Assembly: GCA_030390025.1 (NCBI GenBank)
Contig: CM059434.1
Span: forward strand, 60,326,001 to 60,390,000
Direction of reading: 5' to 3'
DNA: 64,000 nucleotides
Origin: Squalus acanthias
Lineage: Eukaryota
The notes under the pieces are model-generated. The model had not been told where the DNA came from, made no database searches, and saw nothing but the letters and a program-made list of their open reading frames with translations. The stretch's first letter is position 1, and each line of letters opens with the position of its first letter. Positions 12,003-24,185 of the stretch are shown piece by piece. The translations under genes were made by a program, and so were the position numbers.

Positions 12003-12395
12003 TGGAGAAAAGTGTCTCCATGAACTGGGAGGGGAGATGGAAAGGAGAGTGTATCCATGAACTGGGAGGGGAGATGGAAAGGAGAGTGTATCCATGAACT
12101 GGGAGGGGAGATGGAAAGGAGAGTGTATCCATGAACTGGGAGGGGAGATGGAAAGGAGAGTGTATCCATGAACTGGGAGGGGAGATGGAAAGGAGAGTGT
12201 ATCCATGAACTGGGAGGGGAGATGGAAAGGAGAGTGTATCCATGAACTGGGAGGGGAGATGGAAAGGAGAGTGTATCCATGAACTGGGAGGGGAGATGGA
12301 AAGGAGAGTGTATCCATGAACTGGGGGTGGGGGAGGTTTGAATGGAGAGTGCCTCCATGAACTGGGAGGGTGGGAGTAGGTGGAAGGAGAGTGCC
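12003..12395. repeat. 37-bp minisatellite: 8 perfect units (12018-12313) plus degenerate flanks
   Basis: Unit CCATGAACTGGGAGGGGAGATGGAAAGGAGAGTGTAT; no spacers. Confidence 0.95.
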
Positions 12396-12669
12396 TGTGC
12401 CATATAAATTATTTTAAAACTCTCTGACAATTAGATTTAATAACAGAGGGCACCAATACATATCTGCCATAGCCCACAATTTCTCTACAAGAAATGAGGG
12501 AAAATCTCCATAAGTTTTGCCACAAGCTGCTATTATTAATGGTGGAATGCTGATTTTAAGTTATGACAAGCCTATATCCCACCTCCCTTTCCCTGTAACC
12601 ACATCTCATAGGGCGATAATGATGCCTGGCTTTGAGTTGTCAGCTTTTTTGAGGCTGTGTCAGATGTTT

Positions 12670-13290
12670 AGTTGGTCAGTTTCTTAAAAGATTCCAGGGT
12701 TTTGGCCTCCACTATTCTTCATGGCAGTCCATACCGTACATTGATCACTCTTTATCTGAAGAAGGATGTTCTAAATTTGCCTTTTATTAGTTTGAACTTG
12801 TGTCCCCTAGTCCTACTCTCACAATTTAATTTAAATTTATTCTGGATCTATCCTCTCCATTCCCTTAACTATCTTTTATATACCTCTATAAGATCACCTC
12901 TCAGATACCGTTTCTCTAGTCTTTCCTCAGAACTCAGACTTCTGACACTCGGGATTGACTTTGTAGCTTTTCTCTACATTGCAACTAGCACTTGAATGTC
13001 TTTTTTTGGGGTAGATGTTCAACTTGGTGTAAAACGGGCATTGCGATCATATCGTTTTAATTTCCATTGTGACTCAGTGACAAGAATTGGGCGCATAGTG
13101 CAAGATGTGGCCTGACCAGAGGACTATATAAATGCAAGTTGTCAGTGTTGCTTGGGGAGGGCATCTTTCTTGCATCTTCCCTCTGAATACTTGGAGAAAG
13201 TAATGGTTTAGAATAGTTACTGTTTTGTGTTCATCCTCTGTTTCAAGCCCCTTTGTATCGTTTAGGATTTTCACCCCTTCTCTGACTGCC
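12670..13290 (-). mobile_element. Old degraded CR1 fragments
   Basis: AACTTGTGTCCCCTAGTCCTACTC and AGATCACCTCTCAG motifs; the peptide KGLETEDEHKTVTILNHYFLQVF resembles CR1 ORF2. Confidence 0.55.
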
Positions 13291-13657
13291 CTGTTATTGT
13301 GGTAATACTGAGAGAATGGACTTGAACCCACAACCTTCTACCTAAGAGTCGAGAGTGCTACCAACTGAGCCATGGCTAACCAAGGTGGAATTACCGCCAG
13401 GGAAGAAAATAAATGTACAGGATTTGTGAAAGACGATGGTATATACATTAAAGGGCTAATTTTTTGTGAAGTGAGGATCCCAGCGTGGAGCTTTGCTGGC
13501 AGGGGCACAGGTTGGAGAGAGGGCTAAAACACTACAGGGCTAACTCTATGACCCTGCTCTCATCCAGAGAGGCTCTACATTCCATATTGGGATTCGATCC
13601 TTGCAGAATTACCCTATAAACATAACGGAGCTGGAACTGAGAAATCCTACTTACACA

Positions 13658-14300
13658 GGGGTCGATTTTAATCCTGTCTGCCCAGGGGGAAATGGGCCGG
13701 TGGTCAATTAAAAAAAATTAAAAAGCGATCCCGTACCTACTTGTAACTCAACCCGTTGCCGATTTTGACCTGCAGGCGGAGGAGATGACCACCTAAAACA
13801 ACTGGGGTCCTCGGGAATTTATGCAAATCAGCGCCAAATTTTAAATGGGGCTTGAGCGTGGAAACCGCTGTAGCTTTCCTGCCCGGCTGAAGTCAGCCTG
13901 CAGCTGCTCTGTGAACAGAACTTTCCCTTGTGGGGCCAAGAGCAGCAGGAAAACTCCTCTGGGCCCCACAAGGAAAGTCACGGTCTCCTGTGACCCGGAT
14001 TTCCTTCCCCAGCCCCCAACCCCCATCTTCTCGCCCGTGAGACCCCTCCCAAAACCGCCTCCCCGCAAATTGCCGGCGAGCCTTCCCCTAGTGCGCCTGG
14101 CTTCCTCGCCTGCTCGCTGACCAGCTGCCACTTTCCACTTGTTTCGGGACAGCTGACCAGCGGCATGTAGATGAGGCCCAGGAGTTAAAATACCCCAGGC
14201 CTCAAACCTAGGCCTGCGAATGAAACTCGCACTTTCGCTTTCCCCCGTATCCTGCTCTCACATGGTCAGACACGCAGCTGCCGCAAATTGGAAATTGATA
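13658..14300. mobile_element. Probable Harbinger-like MITE, GC-rich
   Basis: Starts GGGGTCGATTTT; internal motifs resemble 45548-46120; right end uncertain. Confidence 0.4.
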
Positions 14301-14535
14301 CTTATAATTAATACATGGCAGGGATTCCTGGTCACTCATTGAGACAACAGGCCCATCAGATTTAACGTCCAGTTATCAATTAAGCCACTGTGGAAGCTAA
14401 AGAGTACCCAGGAACAAAGTTAGTCTTGGGAGAAAGCTTAAAATGAGTGGCGGCAAATCGTTGGATCGCTTTACACCCCACACGATTTTCTTTTCTTTTC
14501 TGAATTTGACAATTTTTCCTGTTACAGTCCCGTGT

Positions 14536-14703
14536 GATCTCCTGACTGGGAAGTCTGACTGGGAAGTGGTCCATGCGATCTCCTGACTGGGAAGTGACTA
14601 AGTGGCACCAGCCTGTAATACCCACAGAAGGGCGGGTAGTGAGTGGCACCAGCCTGTAATACCCACAGAAGGGCGGGTAGTGAGTGGCACCATTCTGTAA
14701 TAC
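14536..14703. repeat. Compound tandem duplications: CTGACTGGGAAGT x3 and a 41-bp unit x2.5 (14601-14703)
   Basis: Unit AGTGGCACCAGCCTGTAATACCCACAGAAGGGCGGGTAGTG. Confidence 0.85.
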
Positions 14704-15356
14704 TCAAAATGCAGCATCAGAAGAAACCCAGCAGAAAGCGAGGAAAATGGTGCTGCACTGACCTCAGGTTCTTGCCACTAATAGCAGTGGTGCAGGCAAA
14801 ACTTGAGGCAGCCCAAGTAAAGCAAACCTTGTATCTGTGTCCCCAATCACTTTGAGCACTCCCACCTCTGTCTTGACTGTGAATGCAAACCTGTCATTTT
14901 GAATATGCTTTTGCACTGTCTGTGACTTGGATCCTGTTCACACAAATAGAAAACCACATGTCTAACAGAATGTAGCATGACCTGGGCATAAGGAGCGGAG
15001 AGCTGAGCTTGTGAGCATCTCCAAAGAGCGTGGCATTGTTCTCGGGTAACTTTAAACCGCAGCCTTAACCCACCCAAGACACTCTTTTGTCAGTCAGGTC
15101 TTGGCTTTAAAACTGCTCATTTCTTATCTGGATCATTTGCTTGCAATTGAGCGTGAAAGTGTATTTAACCTCCTTACTGGTGTGGTGGACAGAGGTGACT
15201 GCAGTCTACTGGCAGCCTAATTAGACCTGTCTGTCTGAATAAAGAGAAGAATGCAGCTACTTTTTACCGTATGAATGAGCAGCACTCTCAAAGTTAAATC
15301 CCGTTTAAGGTCAGCTCTCAGTCTCTCCAAAACTATTCCCAATCACGAGCATCAGT

Positions 15357-15497
15357 GGGGGTGAAATCTGTCTCGGGCAGTAGCGCTAAGTGGGCGATGG
15401 CAAATCCATTGGAAAAGAAAATCGGGCGGGTTGTAAAGTGGTCCAACAATTCGCTGCCATCCGTCTTATGCCATGTCCCAAGACGAATTTTACCCCC
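15357..15497. mobile_element. 141-bp Harbinger-like MITE
   Basis: TIRs GGGGGTGAAATCTGTCTCGGG / CCCAAGACGAATTTTACCCCC. Confidence 0.7.
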
Positions 15498-15709
15498 GAT
15501 ATTTTTAGACCAAAATCCGTTCCTTGATACTCTTTAGATTCCACAGTGGCTGAATTGATGACTGGACATTAAATCTGATGGGCCTGCTGTCTCGATGAGT
15601 GACCAGGGGTCTCTGCCATATATTTGTAAGTGGAGCAGTCACAGGATTTACTGTGAAGCACCATGGGACGTTTTACTACATTAAAGGCACTTTATAAATG
15701 CAAGTTGTC

Positions 15710-15995
15710 ACTGAGCCAAGAAGGTCTATTCATGGTCTGTATTGATTTATTCAGTGATGGAGGTGCTATTGTTGATCACTGCTCCCCAGATCATGGCAGG
15801 TAAAATCAGTTGGATTTCCTTCTCATTACAAACCCTGCTACATTTGCGGAGGTCGGCTAAGGATAGTATCAAGCTTTTCTGTGATGCTCCATGTGGTTGA
15901 ATAACCAGCCATACTCACTGGAGGGCACCCAGCGGTCAAGGGACAGTAAACCCCCAGCAACAAGTCAGCTCCTTCAGGAGGGCAAGAGAGAAAAG
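15710..15995 (+). mobile_element. Ancient SINE-like repeat, related to 18400-18870
   Basis: Weak colinear similarity (AGGATAG...CTGTGATGC) to the minus-strand copy. Confidence 0.35.
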
Positions 15996-16435
15996 CTACA
16001 AGCGTCTCCCTTCCTAAAGCAAATTAACCTTATTATCTATCCTACACTTATAAAGCTGCCCAGAAACCATCGTGCCTCACAGAGTATATCCACTATTATG
16101 TACTTATTCTTCGAACCGTAAATCCAATTCCTGCCCACATATCTACATCCCGCTCTTTATTTTTTTCTTAAAGGTGTTTTGCTGAAAGTCGCTTCCATGT
16201 ATCAGAATCCCTGAAGACAGCAGTCCATATTTTCTGCTTCTGAATACCCCAACTGCATTATCCTGCCATTTCATTTTAATGGGCGGAATACCATAGTGCC
16301 GGAGTGAGAACTGAAGCCAATATTTAGATCTAATTTTGAGGAGACTAGATTTTCACTTATTCATAGTCAAGTGAAGAAACCCTAGCCCGCTATTTTATTG
16401 ATCCTTACCGTCATAGTTTACATATTCAAAATTAC

Positions 16436-16599
16436 CAGCACTCCTCGACACTGCCGTGACCATGCACTGATCCTAATCTGATCAAATCAGTGTGGAGGTC
16501 AAAGGTCAAACTCGTTTGGCTTCTCTTGGGTCCGCAAGGCTGGTTATCAATGGTAGATGTCAATGGTAGATGACAAGGCACCGTGGTGAGATTGTGCAC
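16436..16599 (-). CDS. Candidate internal exon of an unidentified host gene
   Basis: Acceptor CTCATCCTACACACACAG, donor TG|GTAATT. Only one frame is open: VHNLTTVPCHLPLTSTIDNQPCGPKRSQTSLTFDLHTDLIRLGSVHGHGSVEEC. Confidence 0.4.
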
Positions 16600-17609
16600 C
16601 TGTGTGTGTAGGATGAGATGTAGTGCATCATTTGAAGTCTTCAGCGTGTCCTGACAGCAAGCCTTACATACACAGCGTAATCTGACACTGAAGCACAATA
16701 CTGTCCAACCAGTTAATCAAGGACTCTTCACTGTTTTCCATTGATAGCACTGTTGGGCTGATTCTGACCACGCGTATGTCACCAGCTGTGGCTGCTCTTC
16801 AGGTTTGTACGTTCTGTTTTTACTGAAATCCACATCCATCCCTGCCCCCTGACTTTAAAATGAACCACCATTGAAAATCCAGCAATCCCATAGAATAAAG
16901 ACAGAAGTTGAATGAGTCACCAGGCCCTGGTTGGACATATTCCTGGAGGTTTCATTGCACAATCTCCCACCTCCAACCGCCCTGACCAGTCAAGCAACCT
17001 TTCTTCCCATCTCCAATCTTTTTATAACTAATAAACAAAAGTGTTCAAAGAAAATGAACCCCCCCCCCCGCCCCCCCCCACACAATATCTGCCTTTGTCT
17101 GTACTCTCAGCTGTCAGAAATGTGAGCACCACTTCCTCTGTAATCTGTCAAACTGGTAAAACAGCAATTATTTTCAGGCAAATTCAAGAAAGGATCTGCA
17201 CTCTTCCAGCAAGAAGCAGCGTGGGTCATCTACAGTTAGTTGCACCCTCAGCTCCCCATTGACCAGTATTAAGTACTAAACTGTACTTACTGCAGCCAGT
17301 AAGTAACCTCATCCATGTGTGTTTGAGCAGAGCCAACCTCCATTCATTCTGAAGTTCACGGTAGGCCATTGCGTGCAAGTGTGCTGGAATCAGGCTAGCC
17401 AGAGTTTAACCTGGCCTAGTTCTGTACTTCTTCGTTAAGGGTCCTTCCGCTGTGCGTGCTGTAAACCCGAACCCAATAACCAGTCACCTCATTCCAACAG
17501 AATGTTACCCTTCAGACGTTGATTTGTGAAACTGTTGTAGAGATTTTTGTTGGGCCAGTGAAGCAGCCTTGTACACCTGTTGGAATGGTCATCTAAGCCA
17601 ATGTGGAAT

Positions 17610-17672
17610 ATACCATGACGACCCCCCCCCACCCCCTGGTGTTGGGGGGGCGGGGGGTTGTCGTCATGGTAT
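17610..17672. repeat. 63-bp hairpin/inverted repeat
   Basis: ATACCATGACGA / TCGTCATGGTAT are perfect arms enclosing complementary C-runs and G-runs. Confidence 0.85.
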
Positions 17673-18249
17673 CGACCTCAAGGGTAATCACTGAAGGTTA
17701 AAATAATCTCATAAACTAAAAAACCTAGAGCTTCGAAGTGATCAGGAAGCAGGTTCAAACAAACTTTCACTGGGTGGGTTTACTTCCTTGAAGTTGCCGC
17801 ATGGTATTATATAGTATAACAAACTATATGATTTTGAGTTGCTGTGGCCACTTTGTTCTGTTTTGGTTAGCAGGGAAGTGCAATTTTTGCAATGCATGGC
17901 TCAGTCTGTAATGAAACAAGATGGTGCATGACTGACAATATTCTTAAGGTTTATCAGTAAATAATCTGCAGTTGATATTTAGGGAGTTTATCTCCAGTAT
18001 CCCAATCGATTATATTTTCCCTCTTGCATTGATCTTACCGCTTTAACGTATTCGACTGTACTTAGTGAGAATTGTATCTACTAAGTACACACGCCAGCTA
18101 TTTTCTTCCCATGTAATTGCTGTTTCAGATAAGCACATGGTTTTTTTTTTCATCCACAAACCTTGTCAGATTTGAAACATTTCCAAGAACTGGGATTACA
18201 TACAAGTAAGCGGCAGCTTGTGTCGACAGGTAAAGAATAATTCCACTTA

Positions 18250-18372
18250 ACAGCAGCAACAACAACTTGCATTTATATATCACCTTTTAACGTAGAAAAA
18301 ATGTCCCAAGGCCCTTCACAGAAGTGTAATCAGACAAAAATGGATGCTGAACCAAAGGAGGCGATATTAGGA
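18250..18372 (-). mobile_element. L2 3' tail
   Basis: CAACAACAACTTGCATTTATAT...GTCCCAAGGCCCTTCACAG...GATATTAGG. Confidence 0.7.
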
Positions 18373-18399
18373 ATGCCTTGTCATTATTAGTAGATCTCC

Positions 18400-18870
18400 T
18401 TAACTCCTTTTCCCTTGAGTTTTATTTTCATCAATTTACTCCACCACTTTTTCTCTGCCCTCTCTCCTCTCCTTTTCTTCCCAATGGCATTGCCTCTTTG
18501 CTGGGGACACTTCAGTGGGCACCAGCCACCCACTGGTATTAGACCAAAATGCCCATTAACCGCGCGTGAGCCTTGATGGTGAACATGGGGAGGCTATTTG
18601 TGGGGGTGCGGGCATCACAGCCATGCCCTATCCTGTCCTCATCTGGTGTCCATACACAATACTCCCAGCAATGGTCAGTGGATAGTGATCAGGAGAGAAA
18701 AGGAACCTTCGCCAATTTGCCGCCTTCTTAACATTCAGGCCAGTTGTTGTGCTCCTCAGTGCTGACTGCCCAAGACCAGCTAACTCCGCACATTGAAGAT
18801 TGAACCTGATGCCTCCCTTATTTGTACAGTTCAATGGGTAAAACTAGTTAAGCTCGCAGGAGAGCCCCCT
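18400..18870 (-). mobile_element. Ancient SINE-like repeat
   Basis: B-box-like GGTTCAATC on the minus strand near 18805; similarity to 15710-15995. Confidence 0.4.
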
Positions 18871-20245
18871 TGCAACTTTTTAAACTTGGAAGAGGTCATT
18901 TCAGGGGACTCCACAGGTCAGAGAATGGGGGGGCTACAGTACCAAAGCCCTGTGCACACTGCTGGTGATCCTGTGCATTGGCAACATAGTCTCGTGAAGT
19001 TACCCCTCTGGTCCTTTTGTTTTCTTTGGGGGTGTTGCTCTTTGGCTCCCTGATGAAGTAAGAACTTTCTTCTTGGCTTCTACTTAAGACGCTCTGAGTT
19101 GGTCACTACATTTTAAAAAAAAGTGAGAGTAGCCCAGGTTAATTCTCTCCAATATAATCCCCCCTCCCTGTGTGGAAGCATCTCTCTTGACATCTCCCCA
19201 CAGTACAGGCCCTTTGATTTGGATGCCATCTACAGTGATAAAAGCTTACCTTATTTTTAAGGGCTGAACGTTATCTGGTAGAATTGGGGGAAATGGAGAG
19301 GAAGGCGGACTGATCCTGAATTCATGGTATCATAGGAACAAACGAGGTCTAGGTGTTGACTGACTAACTAGATAAAGCTGCCTGGCATGTGAATGTAAAA
19401 GTATCCTTCTATTGTGCCCATTTAGTGCCTTTGCAAATGAATCCGCCACAAATGTGTTTCACTGACACAAGAAGACTACTTGTTCTAAACATTTCTAATT
19501 AGGGAGTGGAGAGCGCATTTAATGATATACTATAGGTCGGATTGCAGAGTGTAAAACAGGTCAAACATCCAGCTATACATGCAAGACTTTTGTTTTTTCC
19601 CCCCGAGATCAGTTCGGTCGTTGAGTGGCAGATTTTGGGCACAGATCCATATCCTGCAACTCTGTGGCTGTGCACTGTGCCGTGCTAACCAGCACTTCAG
19701 TCCAAAGCAATTGCTCCGTGTCTCTGGCGGTACAGGCGCAAAATCAGTTGGCACGGCTCGCTGAGGGGGAGGGGCAGAAATGCTGTCCTCCGATTGGTTG
19801 TCGTGGTGAACAGTGACACAAACACAGAGTGTGATGAATGGTTTTAGTGACAAAACTTGTTTTATTTTTCAAAACAAAGTACTGTGCTGGCGATACTGTG
19901 TATGGGGAGTAGGAGAGGGAGGGGGAAGGGCTACTCCAGTGATGCTGTGCACAAATCCAGTGTTGTAAAGTATGTTCTCAAAAGAGTCTCTTAGCTGGCC
20001 CTCCTTAAATAGGTTGCCATTTTAGGTGATGCCCTCTTCATGCAGGCCACTTGTGGCATTCACTGAAAGGGTACAGCCATGCCATAGCGAAGATAAGCTT
20101 GATAGGCCCAGGGCAGTAACGTGGTACAGTCCCCACCACTTACACCGTACACTTCTCACTGGCAGCCGCCTATATTGGGCAAAAGGGTATAAAGTGCCTA
20201 ATTGAAAGATGAGGCGCTGTTCCTCGAGCTTACGTTGAGCTTCAT

Positions 20246-21432
20246 AAGAACATAAAAAATAGGAGCAAGGGTAGGCAATTTGGCCCTTCGAGCCTGCTCC
20301 GCCCGCCATTCAAAAAGATCATGGCTGATCTTCTACTTCAACTCCACTTTCCGCCCTGTCCCCATTTCCTTTGATTCTCTTAGGGGGAGAAATTCGGTAC
20401 CTTAGCGCCTCCAGTTAGTACCTGGCGGGGGCGCTAACAGGGAGCTGAGGCAATAGCGCGGCGGTGAGGCGAATCCAGCACCGCACACAAAATCCGTCCC
20501 CCCGCCCCCCCGCCCCGTAGTGCCGCCACTACGAGTTAGCGCCAGGGACTTCAGCGTAGGCAGATCATGACCGATCTGCAAAATTGATTATTGCCCCTGC
20601 CTTAGCACCTCGCCTCAAAAGCGACAGGGAGAGGAGGCGTGAAGCAGTCGGCAGCCGGCTCCAGGGGCGCTACTTAAAGGGATCATGAGTAATGAGTCGC
20701 AGCTGTCAGGTTCACTGCTTCCTTGTCAGTTTGACATTGTGCAACAGTTCAATTCAGGCATTTAAATGTTGTTTAGTATCAGCAGTGTTGTGGTTAATAA
20801 AAATTAGTTACGTTTATTCTCACAACATATCAAAGTGCTACACTTGCTTTCATTAATGGGGCTCTTCTACAGCATCAATAAATCTCCCCTTTAAGAATTG
20901 GAAAGAGCCTGTGGCAATGAAGACTTCCGATTAGACTGCACTTGATATTGCTTAGCACTTTGACTGTAATGCCACTGAGCTAGGCCATTAGCGCTTGATT
21001 TAGCGCTCCCATCCTTTCTTTGAGCAATGAGACTTAATTTTGCGTGTAGCATGAATCATTGGCACCTGGCGCTAAATCTCAAACTTTTCTAAAGCTACCG
21101 CCCATTCCTGGGCTATAATGAATTTCTCTCCCTTAGTATCCAAAAATCCATCGATCTCTGTCTTGAATGTACTCAATGACTAAGCATCCACAACCCTCTG
21201 TGGTAGAGAATTCCAAAGATTCACAATGCTCTGAGTGAAGAAATTTCTCCTCATCTCAGTCCTAAATGGCCGACCCCTTATTCTGAGACTGTGACCCCTA
21301 GTTCTAGACTCACCAACCAGGGGAAACATCCTCCCAGCATCTACCCTGTCAAGCCCCTTAATAATTTTATATGTTTCAATGAGATCACCTCTCATTCTTC
21401 TAAACACTAGGGAAAATAGGTCTAGTCTACTT
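20246..21432 (-). mobile_element. CR1 3' fragment inserted in the Penelope element (21133-21432 and 20246-20382)
   Basis: LFSLVFRRMRGDLIETYKIIKGLDRVDAGRMFPL...RRNFFTQSIVNLWNSLP; tail (ATAAGAAC)n on the plus strand. Confidence 0.9.
20383..21132. mobile_element. Non-autonomous PIF/Harbinger element inserted in the CR1
   Basis: TIRs GGGGGAGAAATTC / GAATTTCTCTCCC; TSD TTA at 20380-20382 and 21133-21135. Confidence 0.9.
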
Positions 21433-23219
21433 ATTGGAACAGTGTAGGAGGCCGAGGACAGAGAGGTCAGAGTGGGGGTGGGATGGCGAATTAAAATGAC
21501 AGGCGACCGGAAGCTCGGGGTCACAATTGCGGACTAAATGGAGCTGTTCCGCAAAGTGGTCACCCAATCTGTGTTTGGTCTCCCCAATGTAGAGGAGACC
21601 GCATCGTGAGCAGTGAATACAGTATACTAAATTGAAAGAAGTACAAGTAAATCGCTGTTTCACCTGGAAGGGGTGTTTGGGGCCCTGGATGGTGGGAAGG
21701 GAGGAGGGAAAAGGGCAGGTGTTGCATCTCCTGCACTTGCACTGGAAGGTGCCATGGGAAGGGGAGGGAGTACTGGGGGTGATTGAGGAGTGGACCAGGG
21801 TGTCGTGGAGGAAACAGTCCCTTCGGAATGCGAAAGAAGAGGAGAGGGGAAGATGTGTTTGGTGGTGGAATCGTGCTGGAGGTGGCGGAAATGGTGGAGG
21901 ATGATCCGTTGAATGTGGAGGCCGGTGGGGTGAAAGGTGAGGACAAGGGGAACCCTAACTTGGTTCTGGGGGAGAGGGGAAGGGGTGAGAGCAGAAGTGC
22001 AGGAAATGGAACAGACACGGTTGAGGGCCCTGTCAACCACGGTGAAGGGGAATACTCAGTTGAGGAAAAAGGAAGAGCTATCAGAAGCACTGGTATGGAA
22101 GGTGGCATCATCAGAACAGATGCGACAGAGATGGAGAAACTGGAAGAATGGAATAGAGCCCTTACAGTAAGCGGGGTGGGAGGAAGTGTAGTCAAGGTAG
22201 CTGTGGGCTTATAGTGGATATTGTTCAATAGCCTATCCCCAGAAATGGAAATAGAGAAGGTGAAGAAGTGAAGGGAAGAGTCGAAGATGGACCATGTGAA
22301 GGTGAGGGAAGGGTAGAAATTGGAAGCAAAGTTGATGAAATTTTCCAGTTCGAGGTGAGACCAGGAAATGGCACTGATACAGTCATCAATGTACCGGAAA
22401 AAGAGGTGAGGGAGGTGACCTGAGTAGGACTGGAACAAAGAATGTTCCACATATCCCACGAAAAGGCAGGCATAGCTAGGACCCATGCGGGTTCCCATAG
22501 CAACACCTTTTATTTGGAGGAAGTGAGTGGAGTCAAAGGAGAAGTTGTTCAACGTGAGAACAAGTTCAGCCAGGCGGCGGAGGGTGGTGGTGGATGGGGC
22601 TGGTTTGAGTCTCTGTTCAAGGAATTAATTTTAGTTCATCTACAGTGGCATTGCTCACAGACAAAAATTGTAGAAAAATTGTTTTTCTGCTTCTGGCTCT
22701 GTCTCTGTTTATTCCTTGCTTGGTTTTTTTTCCGGATCCCTCTCACTGTCTTTCTGTTTCTCTCCTTTTTGTTGTCGCCCTCTCTGGATGCATCTGACAC
22801 ACTGCCCTCATTGTAGTGTCTGCATTTTTTTGTTTTGGACTTTTTTTTTTCTCTCTCTTACTTTGTATGACATCCCTTTCTTCTGTACGTCTTCCAATCT
22901 CTCTGTGTGACAGTCACTCTTATTCCTTTATCAATGTATTCAATTCTTCTTTCTTGCCTGTTTTGAAGCTCGGGGAACACCGAAAAGTGGCTCAACACGT
23001 CAGAGATGAGTACCAAGACCATGTAGGGAGCGGTTGTCCAGATGTTGTAGCAACATCCCTCGAGTGGTCTCCAGCGGCAGCCTCCTCTCACTAGCTTTTA
23101 ACGGTCAAGCAGCCGCTAACTCAATGACATCCCGGCGAAATGAATTTCTTTTTAACCAGTGTGGAACAAAGGAGGGCACGGCTTCTCTAACGAGTAAAAG
23201 ATAAATTCATGAGTGATTA

Positions 23220-23405
23220 TCATCCTCACACAACGAGTGATCAACATAAGGAATAGTCTTCCAGATAGAGTAGTGGAGGCGAAAATCCTGAAATCATTAA
23301 ACAACTGGATGCTGCAATGGGAGGTTTGGGCTTTGAGATCTTTCGCAAATGAATGTATTTAGGTGGGCCAAATGGTCTTCCTTGTCCATCACTGTCTTGT
23401 GACTA
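23220..23405 (+). mobile_element. Old CR1 3' end
   Basis: GGAATAGTCTTCCAGATAGAGTAGTGGAGGC...GGTGGGCCAAATGGTCTTCCT. Confidence 0.5.
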
Positions 23406-23913
23406 TATAAACAGTTTGGCCGCTAAATTCGGCTTCATAGCAGCCCGGGTTTTTGGTGCTACAGTTGCCATTTTGAGTCCAAAATGGCATCTGCACTGCG
23501 TGTGCACACTTCTGGTGCGGGCCGCGCCGGACGCCATTTTGGTGAGGTCGTTGGCGTGAGCACTGGGAGCGTGCGGCGGAAGTATACAGAATAGGTAGCT
23601 CGTGACTTCAGTCAGCGGGTAACGCTGATTTGATGCCAGTGCTGCCATTTTCAACCTCAACAGCTGCAGCTAACGCCCTCTCTTAAACACGCACAGCTGA
23701 ACATGCGATCAGCAGCAGGAAGGACCCCCCACCAGCACTATTTAAAGGGATCATCAACTGCTCTCGGGTTAGTTGCTGATTGATTCCTACTGGCTCTTGG
23801 TGAGTTTGTAGAGGTGTTTGATGGTTTGTTATCTTATTTGAAGCTGCTGAAGTCTCAAGGAGTGGTGTGGCAGGTTACTTCAAGGCTTCTGCTCAGACCA
23901 GTTGCTCCCAGAC

Positions 23914-24021
23914 ATGGGTGCAGTAGTTTATATCCCCCTTGGCCTGCAGCATGACAGGGTGAATGAGCAGAGGCGACACAGAGCAGGACATGATTGACTC
24001 ATTCGACTGTGGTACCAGTGA
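23914..24021 (+). pseudogene. Harbinger transposase remnant, N-terminus fused to C-terminus
   Basis: MGAVVYIPLGLQHDRVNEQRRHRAG-HD*LIRLWYQ*; followed by AATAAA at about 24109; convergent with the Myb gene. Assignment is from recalled HARBI1-like termini. Confidence 0.5.
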
Positions 24022-24185
24022 ATGCAACCCCGATTCCTCATTCACCAACAGTCCCACACCTTCCCTCTGTTACTGACCATCACAGCGTCCTTTTGGCCTC
24101 AATGCTACAATAAAAGCCACCACAAAACAAACATTCCAAACCAAATTTATAAATCAAACCATCCAATATTACAAACTAAAGACAA

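Larger units (their letters stand above)
20185..22625 (-). mobile_element. Penelope-like element, 5'-truncated (RT C-terminal half plus GIY-YIG endonuclease; segments 21433-22625 and 20185-20245)
   Basis: RT motifs QIKGVAMG and FFRYIDD; endonuclease NLVYCIHCSRCGLLYIGETK; C-terminus SVLGLLHCSN / EAQRKLEEQRLIFQLGTL is split by the insertion; frameshifted. Confidence 0.9.

Noticed and set aside
12018-12313. CRISPR-like array and repetitive ORFs (MDTLSFPSPLP...)
   Set aside because: The 37-bp units are head-to-tail with no spacers, there are no cas genes, and the context is eukaryotic. The ORFs are artefacts of the repeat.
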